Source: a virus (taxonomy: Duplodnaviria; Caudoviricetes). From it: DNA of 64,000 nucleotides. The translations under genes were made by a program, and so were the position numbers. The notes under the pieces were generated by a model. That model saw only the letters and a list, made by a program, of their open reading frames with translations, was not told the origin of the DNA and did not search any database. Below, piece after piece: positions 19,194-29,028 of the stretch (within the stretch, counting starts at the first letter, position 1; the number at the start of each line of letters is the position of its first letter). The stretch covers positions 8,422 to 72,421 of the IMG/VR virus record IMGVR_UViG_3300032327_000460, one strand, 5' to 3'.

Positions 19194-19589
19194 TTAGCCA
19201 CGGCGCATTGTGCTAATCTCTACTGCCTGTTCGTCAGAGAAAATAGGCACGGCATTACTTTTGTGCATAGTACCGATACCAATAATTTTAGTACCTGTGT
19301 ATTGTGGAATATCTTTTGTGCGTACTGCACCAGTGTGACCTGTGTCACGGCTTGCAATACGTTGTGTCTCACGGCCAACTGGCGCGGATAATGTATATGA
19401 TAGTGGTTCAGCCTTTAAGGCTCGGTTGCGCTTTTTGTCATCAGCATCTACTTCCCACTTTTTTTGTAGTTCTTTCCAATCGGCATCAAGCTGGCGAGCT
19501 TTTTGTGCCTCTGCGCTATTGCGAAACTTTACTTTACCCTTGCGTTTACCGCCCATAGAGAGTGCGGGATGTGCTAGATGCATGGTCAT
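19194..19589 (-). CDS. conserved phage hypothetical protein
   Basis: YTGTKIIGIGTMHKSNAVP motif; promoter TTGACA 19645-19650 / TATAAT 19622-19627 upstream. Confidence 0.6.
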   Translation of the reverse strand: MTMHLAHPALSMGGKRKGKVKFRNSAEAQKARQLDADWKELQKKWEVDADDKKRNRALKAEPLSYTLSAPVGRETQRIASRDTGHTGAVRTKDIPQYTGTKIIGIGTMHKSNAVPIFSDEQAVEISTMRRG

Positions 19590-19664
19590 GATGTATGGTT
19601 CATAGTTATAAAACAGTTACTATTATATAGGATATGTGAGTTTTTGTCAAGTATCACTAAAGTA

Positions 19665-20087
19665 TTACTTTTTAAGAATCTTCCACATTTTCTCTTTTTC
19701 TTTAATTTCTGCTTCTAGTTCTATATAAGCATTACGTAGGGCACGTAAATCGTCCCATTTTTCTTCTAGTTCAAAATTTGGGTGAAGAATAGCCAATCTC
19801 TCATCAATTTTATCTAATCGGTCACTTAGTTTGACACCCTGAACAGTTAGTTCCCCAGTGATATCAGCATCTCCATTAACTTGTAATGTTCTGCCTTGCA
19901 AATTTGGGTCTGTTGTAATAGTTCCCCAGCTTCCAGTTGTCCCGTTTAAATTGGCCCAAGTTATTGGACTTGATGTTCCACTAGTGGTATAAACATACCC
20001 AGACTGTGCATTGCCTATTGTAGTACCTGTTGTTAAGGTATCACCAATATAAGTATTATTCATGTTGTTATTCACATTGAATGTCAT
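19665..20087 (-). CDS. hypothetical protein with C-terminal coiled coil
   Basis: ORF track, coupled to upstream gene. Confidence 0.55.
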   Translation of the reverse strand: MTFNVNNNMNNTYIGDTLTTGTTIGNAQSGYVYTTSGTSSPITWANLNGTTGSWGTITTDPNLQGRTLQVNGDADITGELTVQGVKLSDRLDKIDERLAILHPNFELEEKWDDLRALRNAYIELEAEIKEKEKMWKILKK

Positions 20088-20269
20088 ATCTTTTTAATTA
20101 TTACTTTGCCATTTTCATCAATTTGAAAGTCAATATTGTCTCCCTCTTTCCATCCCAACTCAGTTAATAATTGAGGTGGCAAGGGAATAAGCATGTCTCC
20201 TGTTTTAGGATCTTCATGCGTCATAACTTCATACCGGATATTTTCTTGTGCAGTTTTCTTTTTAGACAT
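20084..20269 (-). CDS. AbrB/MazE/SpoVT-family DNA-binding protein
   Basis: DMLIPLPPQLLTELGWKEGDNIDFQIDENGKVIIKK. Confidence 0.7.
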   Translation of the reverse strand: MSKKKTAQENIRYEVMTHEDPKTGDMLIPLPPQLLTELGWKEGDNIDFQIDENGKVIIKKI

Positions 20270-20276
20270 ATGTTAC

Positions 20277-20831
20277 TTATCTCTTTAAGAAAGGAGAATA
20301 AATCTTTTCTAATTCATTGATAGTATGGTTAGTGTTACCATCTTCATGCTTAACTGCAATGCCACCTGCATTACTCCATGCATCAAGATATTTACCAAAA
20401 TCATCTACTAGTACATTAGGTTGTCCACTAGTGGTAGCATATTTATATTTTGCACTTGTAAAAATAGCATTACCACTAGTACCAGGGTTATGATTATCCA
20501 ACCACTCTTTTTTACCTTTAATGCTAGCATTACCTTCTATTCTAAGTGGAGCGCTTAATACAGTAAAGGGAATTTTGTTTTTATGCAACCAAGCAATTAT
20601 TTGTTGTCCACCATTCAATGGGTCTAAGTCTCTAAAAAACTGATAAACTAATTCGGGACCTGATTTAGCTAGTCGTACTATTGCTTCTTCGGGATTAGTA
20701 ATATGCTTGTAATGCATTACTTTTTCAACTTCAGCCCAACGCCCAAAAAAATCAGCTTGCACCCCATCCATATCCAAATATAGATGGGGCATTTTTTTAG
20801 TGGAATCTTCTAGTAAATCTTTAATTTGCAT
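20277..20831 (-). CDS. HAD-family 5'(3')-deoxyribonucleotidase
   Basis: LYLDMDGVQADFF motif I; VLSAP; GKKEW; LVDD motif. Confidence 0.8.
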   Translation of the reverse strand: MQIKDLLEDSTKKMPHLYLDMDGVQADFFGRWAEVEKVMHYKHITNPEEAIVRLAKSGPELVYQFFRDLDPLNGGQQIIAWLHKNKIPFTVLSAPLRIEGNASIKGKKEWLDNHNPGTSGNAIFTSAKYKYATTSGQPNVLVDDFGKYLDAWSNAGGIAVKHEDGNTNHTINELEKIYSPFLKR

Positions 20832-20837
20832 GCCTTA

Positions 20838-21374
20838 TTATATCACAATTGGCATAATAAGCCAAATGCCCTGGGTCAATAGTATTGTTCCAAAAATGCT
20901 AACGCCAATACTTCCCCAAAACATGCGTTTATCTACAGCCAAAATACTAGCAGATAATAATACAATAGCTAACTGAAATGCCATTGCAGCAAAAGTCAAC
21001 CATGGAGTGTGCTTTTTAGCCTCATCTCGTTCTGCTTCAATTTTTAATGCTTTAGCCATTAATTCTTTTTTACCCTCGCCCTTAACTGGATCGCTCTCAT
21101 ATCGTTCAATTTTAGCTTTTAGTTGTTCTTTACGACTTGGATCTTTGGCATCTTCAAGTTGTCCCTCAGCAATACTTTGCTTGATACTTTTAGCTTGATA
21201 GAAATTCCATGTGTCATTTGCTTTAATTGTGTTGTTTAATATTTTGCTACTGAATCCATTGGCCATATATGTTGTAATTGCTAACAATAATGCAATAACT
21301 GTGATGACCCACCCTGCTCTATCTTTAAGTTGTGCTTCACGCTCACTGCGTGATAATGGTTTAACTTCTGACAT
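20838..21374 (-). CDS. DUF4337-family membrane protein
   Basis: ANDTWNFYQAKSIKQ and FQLAIVLLSASIL; TATAAATA at 21394-21401. Confidence 0.75.
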   Translation of the reverse strand: MSEVKPLSRSEREAQLKDRAGWVITVIALLLAITTYMANGFSSKILNNTIKANDTWNFYQAKSIKQSIAEGQLEDAKDPSRKEQLKAKIERYESDPVKGEGKKELMAKALKIEAERDEAKKHTPWLTFAAMAFQLAIVLLSASILAVDKRMFWGSIGVSIFGTILLTQGIWLIMPIVI

Positions 21375-21388
21375 AATTCTATCTCCTT

Positions 21389-22084
21389 CTAATTATTTAT
21401 ATTAAACTCTTTAATTGCTGCCTTTGCCAAACTGTCTATGCTGTTAACTAATGGAATATTTTTATAATGCGTTTCTTTAACTGCTAAAGGTAATTCGGTA
21501 CAACCCAGTACCACAGCATTGACTCCCCATTTTATTAATCTTTCTATTACAATTATTAAAAGATCATGTGCGTCTTCAATATTATTGACCTTGATCAAAT
21601 CAATTGCCGGTTGCACAAGGGTGTCCATTTCATGTGTGTTGGGAGTTACACATCTCCATCCTTTACCACCTAAATAATGTTGATATAGTCCCAAACTCAT
21701 TGTGGCCTTTGTGCCTAGTATGCCTATAGTACCATGGTGTATGTTCAGTGATTTTAATTCTGTTGCAACGCTGTCAACAATGTGTGTTATCGGTACTCCA
21801 AACTGACTCATTCTATCATACCAAAAGTGTGCTGTATTACATGGAATTACAATATGATCGCACCCTGCGTCTTTTAATCCCAGTATACCCTGTTTGAGTT
21901 TTTCCCATGGCAAATCATCACGGTTTATTAAACTGGTACTACGATCGGGTACAGTAGGGTCGCCCCAGATAACTACTGGAATGTGTTCTTGGTCACAACT
22001 TGCGGGTGTTTGTTCTACTAGGCGCTTATAAAATTCAGCAGTTGCTGCTGGGCCCATGCCGCCAAGTACCCCTAACTTTTTCAT
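21389..22084 (-). CDS. aspartate/glutamate racemase family (RacX/YgeA-like) amino-acid racemase
   Basis: LGVLGGMGPAAT, IPCNTAH and LGCTELP: both catalytic Cys present. Confidence 0.9.
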   Translation of the reverse strand: MKKLGVLGGMGPAATAEFYKRLVEQTPASCDQEHIPVVIWGDPTVPDRSTSLINRDDLPWEKLKQGILGLKDAGCDHIVIPCNTAHFWYDRMSQFGVPITHIVDSVATELKSLNIHHGTIGILGTKATMSLGLYQHYLGGKGWRCVTPNTHEMDTLVQPAIDLIKVNNIEDAHDLLIIVIERLIKWGVNAVVLGCTELPLAVKETHYKNIPLVNSIDSLAKAAIKEFNINN

Positions 22085-22683
22085 TTTTTAAATAATAAAC
22101 TAGAAGCAATAACCATAGCAGTTTGTGCAGCCTCTACATCTTCGGGTTTTTCTTTCCAACCTATACTAATTTGTCCAATGAATACACCGGGCTCTGCTGG
22201 AACACTGATACGACACATGTAGTTTACTCCATGTTCTTTATATACAAAACCTATAAGACTTTGCGGTTTAGTATATGGACTACAAGGTATCTTACCAGAC
22301 ATCAAACCAATCACATCGTTATTGTTATCATAGTTTTTACTAAACAATCCAACATCTAATCCGTCATTTCTTTTATCTCTTCCACCACTGCGAGTAGATA
22401 AGTAAACTACCTTGCGTGTGTTGATCAGTGTATTAACTTCTAAAAACGCAACCATCTCAGCATCAGTATTCTTTAATAAGAAGTTTAATGCTTCTTCATA
22501 ATTGCCATTCATCTTAGGCAATGCTTGTTGAGCACGATAACTTGCCATAAATGCATCTTTTTCACTATAAACTATCCAACCACCAAAGCCCAAAATACAA
22601 AGAAACACAACAGTGAATAGACGAAATGGACTAGATCCAATCCAGTTTAATAAACCAAAGAGAAAATCTTTAATCTTGTCCAT
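22081..22683 (-). CDS. T4 gpT-like holin (single TM plus periplasmic GAF-like domain)
   Basis: 200 aa from ATG 22683; DFLFGLLN / one TM / DAEMVAF / GVNYMCRISV...IGQISIGW...ASSLL aligns by eye with recalled T4 T (DILFGVLD / EADFSAV / EINYMYSCPY...AGTITMYW...AARIL). Confidence 0.6.
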   Translation of the reverse strand: MDKIKDFLFGLLNWIGSSPFRLFTVVFLCILGFGGWIVYSEKDAFMASYRAQQALPKMNGNYEEALNFLLKNTDAEMVAFLEVNTLINTRKVVYLSTRSGGRDKRNDGLDVGLFSKNYDNNNDVIGLMSGKIPCSPYTKPQSLIGFVYKEHGVNYMCRISVPAEPGVFIGQISIGWKEKPEDVEAAQTAMVIASSLLFKK

Positions 22684-23944
22684 TTTTTTGTTCTTTCTCA
22701 CATACAAATGCTGTTACTGCTACATTGCCATGTACATGACTTGCTGTACGAATCATGTCCATTAATGGATCAACTGCAATCAACAACACTAATACTGCTT
22801 CGCTTGGGAGTTTTAATAAATCACAAACAACTGCTACTGTAGCAACAGTAAGAATACCTGTTGTGCCTGCGCTAGCTAAACCAGCTAAGATACTACCAAA
22901 CAGTACAACTAATAATCCTGCAACACCTAAAGGGGTGTCATAGATGTTAGCAATGAATACTGTAGCGATAGCATAATACACAATACTACCAATACGGTTA
23001 ACCGTGAAACTTAGTGGAACTGTCAATTCAACTGCGTCTTTATTGAATTTTAATTTTTGTAGTGCTTCTTGAGCATATGGAATACAAGCAAGGCTGCTTC
23101 GTGAACTAACAGCAACAATCAATGTTTCTTTAGTTTCACGGATAACTGTAGATAAACTTAATCCACTACGCATCCAAATTACAGCAGTACCTGTTGCGAT
23201 GACTAGGAATCCACCAATTGCTTGTTGCATTACAAAGTCAAACATAGTCATAAAAATTCCTACACCAACTTTACCTACCTGTGCAGAAATCATTGCTAAC
23301 AATGCTATTGGTAAGAAGTAATTTAAGAACTTGAAAATACTGATACTGGCCTGTTGAACACTTTTTAACACTTCAACTAACATTTTTTGACCATCTGTTT
23401 TCAAGTGACCAAGGGCAACACCAAAGATTAAACAGAAGATAACAATCTTTAAACTTTCACCATTGTTTAATGTATTGAAAATATTTTCAGGAATAAACTT
23501 CTCAGCCATTTTACCAGCACTAACTGGGGCGGCTGTTGGCATCGGCTCTTTAAGAGTGATGTTTAAATCTGTGCCACTGTCTTTGTCATTAATTAGTACA
23601 CCTAACTGTGTTTTTTTCTCCGGTGTCATTTCAGTGCCAGTAACCATAACTGTACCAACACCAATGACTGCGGCAATAAACATACTACTTACAAAACCAA
23701 TGATGATTCTACGAATTAATGTTTGACTACCCTCTTTTTGTAATAATCCAATGATACCTACTAGGATAGTTGCTAACAAGAATGGTAGTACAACTACTTT
23801 AAGTAAACTAATATAGACGCTACCTAAACTTTCAAAGTTTAAACTAAACTCCGGTAAGTAAACTCCACTGAGAATACCTACAACGATTGATCCTAAAATA
23901 GTCCAGGGACTAACTAAAAAACTTTTTAAATGTGCGATTGTCAT
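22670..23944 (-). CDS. dicarboxylate/amino acid:cation symporter (DAACS, GltP-like)
   Basis: Multi-TM; SRSSLACIP (HP1), VPLSFTVNRIGS, LIAVDPLMDMIRTASHVHGN. Confidence 0.9.
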   Translation of the reverse strand: MTIAHLKSFLVSPWTILGSIVVGILSGVYLPEFSLNFESLGSVYISLLKVVVLPFLLATILVGIIGLLQKEGSQTLIRRIIIGFVSSMFIAAVIGVGTVMVTGTEMTPEKKTQLGVLINDKDSGTDLNITLKEPMPTAAPVSAGKMAEKFIPENIFNTLNNGESLKIVIFCLIFGVALGHLKTDGQKMLVEVLKSVQQASISIFKFLNYFLPIALLAMISAQVGKVGVGIFMTMFDFVMQQAIGGFLVIATGTAVIWMRSGLSLSTVIRETKETLIVAVSSRSSLACIPYAQEALQKLKFNKDAVELTVPLSFTVNRIGSIVYYAIATVFIANIYDTPLGVAGLLVVLFGSILAGLASAGTTGILTVATVAVVCDLLKLPSEAVLVLLIAVDPLMDMIRTASHVHGNVAVTAFVCEKEQKNGQD

Positions 23945-23953
23945 GGTTAGTCC

Positions 23954-24772
23954 TTACTTCTTTTCTGCTTTGTAACGATCCATTAACTTTTTAGTGTCAA
24001 TGTTGCTGTATTCATTTTTAATAACATAATTAACAACGCTTAACAGTTGAATCGACTTTGGATTGACTGCTACTGCAATATTGTCTACGCTATCACTGAT
24101 TGTAATTGTCTTAGTGCTAATTGCGGCATCTGGTTTTTCAAAACTAATTTTCTTAATTTCAAATTCATCACGATACGCGGCAGCAATATCTCCGCGGGTA
24201 ACTTTATCAATGATTGTGTCCCATTTGTCTTCAGGAAGAAATATAGCATTAGGAAAGTTAATACGGGCAAATGTATCGTAACTAGAATTACGAATAAAAC
24301 TTATTTTACCATTAAACTCTCTTATAACTTGATATACTTCGCGACCTTGACTATTTTGACTTAACCATAGTCGGTTAACAATCAAACTTTGTCTAAGTTT
24401 GACATAAGGGTCGCTGAATCTAACAACTTGTAATCTAGGACCAGTAACAGATAATTTACTAACTGCAATGTCTGCACGACCATCACGAACTTGTTCTACA
24501 ACTTCGGCAAAACTTTCCGCATCTCGTCTAAATTGTACAGGAACTCCAAGTAATACACCAATTCGTCGGGCAATTTCAACGTCAAGACCACGGATATCAT
24601 CTTCCTCTCCGCTGTAGAAGGGAGGACTATCTTTTTTGGTCATTGCTACAACAAGAACATTGTTTTTCTTGATTAGAGCAATATCAGAGGGTAGGGGTAC
24701 CGTAGAGGTTGGTAATTGTGCGTTAGCAACCGAGGTCAACAGTACAAAAAATAATAGTAGTAGTTTTTTCAT
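23954..24772 (-). CDS. periplasmic amino-acid binding protein (SBP family 3)
   Basis: Signal peptide; GLDVEIARRIG, VRDGRADIAVS, RLQVVRFSDPY; TATAAATA at 24780-24787. Confidence 0.85.
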   Translation of the reverse strand: MKKLLLLFFVLLTSVANAQLPTSTVPLPSDIALIKKNNVLVVAMTKKDSPPFYSGEEDDIRGLDVEIARRIGVLLGVPVQFRRDAESFAEVVEQVRDGRADIAVSKLSVTGPRLQVVRFSDPYVKLRQSLIVNRLWLSQNSQGREVYQVIREFNGKISFIRNSSYDTFARINFPNAIFLPEDKWDTIIDKVTRGDIAAAYRDEFEIKKISFEKPDAAISTKTITISDSVDNIAVAVNPKSIQLLSVVNYVIKNEYSNIDTKKLMDRYKAEKK

Positions 24773-24834
24773 AGTATTGTATTTATACTATTATTTAAAT
24801 AGCATAGTTACAATACTGTTACATTTACCCAAAT

Positions 24835-25455
24835 TTACTTGTTGGCCAGTGGATTATCTATGGCTTTTTGTATTTTGTTATCAACTTCTTTCTTTAATGT
24901 TTCTACTTCACGGTTGATTTCTCTACGGGCCGATGTAAATTCACTGTTAATCTCTTTGCGTGTTGTTTCCATATCCTTACGAATTTGATTGGCTTCGTTT
25001 CTCGCTCTTTCCAAATCTTCACGAATTGCCTTACGCATGTCACGCATTTCTTGCTCAGTTTCACGCTGTGCAGATTTAACACTACGCTCAACTTGCTCGG
25101 TCACAGACTCATTACGGCGTAAGTCGTTTTTTAAATCCGTTTTGATATCACGGGTGTAGTCGCTAGTTTTTGCACTATTTTCTTCGATAACTGCTAGTCG
25201 TTTGTCGAATCCACTTAGGTCCGGAGCACTATAATCGGCAATCTTTTTCTTCATGCTTTGATAATCTTTGTATACTTCAAACGCACCATACAATCCACCT
25301 AGTGTAGATGATACGATTGTAGCAGCCACCATTAGTTTGGCAGGTGTAAATTCATAGCCACCAATACTGATAACAGTATCTTTGCTAGCATACTTCTTCA
25401 TAGCCGCTTCTGCTTCGTCAATCTTTGCGTTGACATCTTTAATTTGTTCACTCAT
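24835..25455 (-). CDS. membrane-anchored coiled-coil protein
   Basis: One hydrophobic segment then long charged heptad region. Confidence 0.6.
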   Translation of the reverse strand: MSEQIKDVNAKIDEAEAAMKKYASKDTVISIGGYEFTPAKLMVAATIVSSTLGGLYGAFEVYKDYQSMKKKIADYSAPDLSGFDKRLAVIEENSAKTSDYTRDIKTDLKNDLRRNESVTEQVERSVKSAQRETEQEMRDMRKAIREDLERARNEANQIRKDMETTRKEINSEFTSARREINREVETLKKEVDNKIQKAIDNPLANK

Positions 25456-25466
25456 TTTTTTTCTCC

Positions 25467-27833
25467 TTATTTGTATTGGCTGTTAACCATTTCATTGTGT
25501 TTAGCATCGCTGCCACCTGTCAATCCTCTAAGTAATCTAACATTATCAACCGTGCGTTGATTCTTATAAACTTCTTTAGGTTCGTAAAAAGTTGTATCTC
25601 TTAATGTAAACGAATATGCTGTAAATCCTACTGGTTGTATTGCCATACCAGCAATGTCTACTTTACCTGCCAATTCGTTTGGTTGCACCTCTCGTTTAAC
25701 TGTTTCTGTTCTTTGTTCTATATTAGATTGTGGTAATTCCATGCGTTGTTGAATTAGATCATTCAATGGATTACCAGTTCTTCCTTGACTATTGAAAGTA
25801 GATATAGACAATTGTGTGCTTTCGGAGTCTGAATGTCTCGATTCTAATCTTGATTGATATACTGTAGTTGGTGGTGTAGGTGTTATGTTACTAGTATTAG
25901 TAGTACTGAACGGGTTATAACTGAATGAACTACGATTAATAGACAATCCCGTACCAACACTAGTTATCTGCTGAGTTTCTATTTGAGTAGTTGTTAGTGG
26001 GTTTAATAATGTGACCACAGATGGTTGAGAATCCTGTTGGTGTGATAGTGTTGTGTATGTTGTTTGTTGATTCTGTACTACACCATTGAATGTTTGAGTT
26101 TGTGTCTGCTGTGCCTGCTGCGTAGCCTGCATTGATTGTGTTGTACTTGTTTGAACAGATGCCTGTGTTGTTTGATTAGAAAACTGTGCGGCAGCAGTAG
26201 CACTGTTCGCACTCATGTCTTGATTCATTGTAATTGCGGCATTACTTGCAGCCTGTGAACTTTGTTGAATATTTTCCAAGGCCTTGGCTGCGTTTTGTAC
26301 TGCTGTTGCTTGTATTGCTTTGTCTTTTTCCTGTGCTGCTCTTGCTATGCTCAATGCCGCACCCGGTGTCATCTTTGCCCCATCGTTAGCATTACCGGGC
26401 CCTGATTGTGATTGTTGCGGTCCATTGCCGCCGAATGGACCATTACCGGGTCCGTCCCCACCGGCCATTGGGCCTGTACGATCCTGTTGTTGTGGTCCAC
26501 TACCCGCCATTGGTGCGTTATCTGGGCGATTGCCTTCGCCACCGGGCCCTGGACCTTCACCTCTTGCAGGGCCGTTGCCCCCAAAATTTACGTCCGGCGG
26601 ACCATTTGGAGCACTGGCATTTGACACCGTTGAACCCAACAACAATGTTTTGGCATAAGCAACGGCATAGCCTTTGCAAGTTGGGCTGCTCAATGGATCA
26701 ACTGCACAAGGATCAGCCGTGTAAATGATATTAGCCCATGCTCCTGTAATCGAAGATCCTGTACCAGATGCCACACCCTGAACTCTACCTGTGCCTAATA
26801 ATGTCTGATTCATACTTGAAGGCAACAGATACTTTTCACTGACTGAGCCACTAGTGCCTTCTTGCGTAAAACTATAATTCTTTTGATGTATTACTTGATT
26901 ACTGCTATTAGTAAAAGTAGCGGCAGCACTGACATAAGCAGGAGTGTTCATGGTCCAACTGCAAGAACCATCTTGATTCCAAGCAGTACAGCCATAGAAT
27001 CCTTGTCCCACTGAGTAATTGAATCCATAGTTGAATCCATGTACCATTGCTCCGGATCCTGCAAGACCCAATGCTGTATTGACAGCAAAGACTTGATTTA
27101 ATGATCCACCGCCCACTGAGGAGTTTAATAGATTTTTAGAATTGATAACATCTCCAAATCCAGCACAAGTAGAACTATATGCAGGGTTACTGGCGCAAGG
27201 ATCAACTCTATACTTTAAAGAAAAGTTAACATTGATAATTTCAGGACCATACGGACCTGCCCAGTAATTATTATCACGACCAACAAAGCCTACTTGTGCA
27301 TTGCTATAGTTTGTAGCCGCTGTCGGGTTGGCAAATGTTTCACTAAAGTTAAATTGTGTCCAGTTGTATTTTTGATTAGTCTGACTTGTATAATCATAAT
27401 TTGCCGCTAATCCACCGCCGGCATTGTAAAACTTTACATAAGCACCCAAGTAGTCTTGTCTACCGTCATCCCATCCATTACCATTCTTGGCCTGAAAACC
27501 AAAGTTAAATCCACTCAGTTGTACTCCAGTACCACCTGCTGCCAACGCTTTGTTTATATTGACAATTTGATGTAGGTCCACTTGACCGTAACTAAAGTTA
27601 ATAGCACCGTTAGTTTGTACGTTGGGATACGGGCCGCAATTGCCAGGGGTGTTGCCACCAAAACAACCCAGTTGATTAACATAAACGCCGTTATTCCAGT
27701 TGCTGGTCGTACCTGTAGGTGTACCAGAGAAATTAATTAAATTCCCTGTAGTACTGTCTACTTGTGCATTAGAATAGTTTGAACACAAGAGCACCAAGCA
27801 AAGCGCCCAGGCCCACTTTTTTATATGTGTCAT
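25467..27833 (-). CDS. large exported protein with Cys pairs and Gln/Pro/Gly-rich linker
   Basis: Signal peptide; DPCASNPAYSSTC and DPCAVDPLSSPTC; low-complexity middle. Confidence 0.65.
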   Translation of the reverse strand: MTHIKKWAWALCLVLLCSNYSNAQVDSTTGNLINFSGTPTGTTSNWNNGVYVNQLGCFGGNTPGNCGPYPNVQTNGAINFSYGQVDLHQIVNINKALAAGGTGVQLSGFNFGFQAKNGNGWDDGRQDYLGAYVKFYNAGGGLAANYDYTSQTNQKYNWTQFNFSETFANPTAATNYSNAQVGFVGRDNNYWAGPYGPEIINVNFSLKYRVDPCASNPAYSSTCAGFGDVINSKNLLNSSVGGGSLNQVFAVNTALGLAGSGAMVHGFNYGFNYSVGQGFYGCTAWNQDGSCSWTMNTPAYVSAAATFTNSSNQVIHQKNYSFTQEGTSGSVSEKYLLPSSMNQTLLGTGRVQGVASGTGSSITGAWANIIYTADPCAVDPLSSPTCKGYAVAYAKTLLLGSTVSNASAPNGPPDVNFGGNGPARGEGPGPGGEGNRPDNAPMAGSGPQQQDRTGPMAGGDGPGNGPFGGNGPQQSQSGPGNANDGAKMTPGAALSIARAAQEKDKAIQATAVQNAAKALENIQQSSQAASNAAITMNQDMSANSATAAAQFSNQTTQASVQTSTTQSMQATQQAQQTQTQTFNGVVQNQQTTYTTLSHQQDSQPSVVTLLNPLTTTQIETQQITSVGTGLSINRSSFSYNPFSTTNTSNITPTPPTTVYQSRLESRHSDSESTQLSISTFNSQGRTGNPLNDLIQQRMELPQSNIEQRTETVKREVQPNELAGKVDIAGMAIQPVGFTAYSFTLRDTTFYEPKEVYKNQRTVDNVRLLRGLTGGSDAKHNEMVNSQYK

Positions 27834-29028
27834 CTATTTTATCCTCGTCAGGTTTTGGTAGTTTTTCCGGATTACTTTCCCATGCAGCCTTTGCCTGTTC
27901 ACCAATCTTACCTTCGTATGGGCAAGGTGTACCTGCGGCTAACATAGCATCGAACACACGACGGTCTTGGCACATAGTAGCAACTGCGGCTACTTTCATA
28001 CCCATGTCATATAGTGTCTTAGATAACTTTAGTCGTTCACAATTCATATCACGAACTGTACCGCCGCCACTGACACCAAAGATTTGTGTTTGTACACTGC
28101 CACTAGTACCAGTACTACATAAATCAGCATTACCACCGCTCATCATAGTAGGTGCAACTGCTGTTGGTGGCGGCTGTATAACTCGCTGAGTAATGTTTGA
28201 TTCGTTGATATTACGATTGGTCATCTCACCGCTGTTGATGTTTTGATTAACGTTGGCATTGTTGTTGGTACTCGTACTGGTATTATTATTGTTATTAGTC
28301 ATTGTACCATTGTTGGTATTTTGATTAATATTGGTCATTGTACCACTGTTGATATTAGTGTTAGTATTACTAGTTGTTGCCGTAGTATTGTTAATATTAC
28401 GGTTAGTCATATCACCTGTGTTAACGTTGTTGTTTGTATTTGTGCTAGTGCTTGTACTAGTGTTAATATTACGATTGGTCATATCACCGGTGTTAATATT
28501 TCTATTTGTATTATCACTGGTACTGGTATTTACATTGTTGTTGTTATTTGTTGATGTGCTGGTACTTACATTGTTGTTGTTGTACGTCATTGTGCCAGTG
28601 TTGATGTTGTTGTTGGTATTGACACTTGTACTGGTACTGGCATTGACATTATTGTTGTTATTAGTCATTGTGCCTGTATTAACATTGTTATTATTAAACG
28701 TTTGAGTGCCGCTATTAACATTGTTATTATTATTTGTATAGGTTACAGAACCACTCATAACATTATTGTTGTTATTATTGTTGGTCATTGTACCACTATT
28801 AACATTGTTGTTGTTATTAGTGTTGGTTGTACCACCAGTTAAATTGGTATTGTTATTAGTAGTGGTAGTACCACTATTAACGTTATTTGTATTGATAGTG
28901 CTTACGCTATTACTGGTACTGTTAGTATCAACTAGACTTTTTGAATCATAACCGCCTTGATTAATAACGGTCTGAGCCATACTCCCAGTGGCAATAACAA
29001 CAGATAGTGCTATTATGGTCTTTTTCAT
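27769..29028 (-). CDS. exported Asn/Thr-repeat protein with Cys-containing C-terminal domain
   Basis: Signal peptide; NNNNNVN(S/T)G repeats; CSTG...CERLK...CQD...TPCP; late box 29080-29086. Confidence 0.7.
   Translation of the reverse strand: MKKTIIALSVVIATGSMAQTVINQGGYDSKSLVDTNSTSNSVSTINTNNVNSGTTTTNNNTNLTGGTTNTNNNNNVNSGTMTNNNNNNNVMSGSVTYTNNNNNVNSGTQTFNNNNVNTGTMTNNNNNVNASTSTSVNTNNNINTGTMTYNNNNVSTSTSTNNNNNVNTSTSDNTNRNINTGDMTNRNINTSTSTSTNTNNNVNTGDMTNRNINNTTATTSNTNTNINSGTMTNINQNTNNGTMTNNNNNTSTSTNNNANVNQNINSGEMTNRNINESNITQRVIQPPPTAVAPTMMSGGNADLCSTGTSGSVQTQIFGVSGGGTVRDMNCERLKLSKTLYDMGMKVAAVATMCQDRRVFDAMLAAGTPCPYEGKIGEQAKAAWESNPEKLPKPDEDKIDDTYKKVGLGALLGALVFKLF

Noticed and set aside
20084-20269. 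Toxin-antitoxin pair around the AbrB/MazE-like gene
   Set aside because: The neighbours (nucleotidase and a coiled-coil hypothetical) show no MazF or PIN toxin motifs
28243-28951. Hydrophobic Leu/Val-rich plus-strand ORFs that look like membrane proteins
   Set aside because: Antisense translation of the AAC/AAT/ACT repeats of the Asn-rich gene
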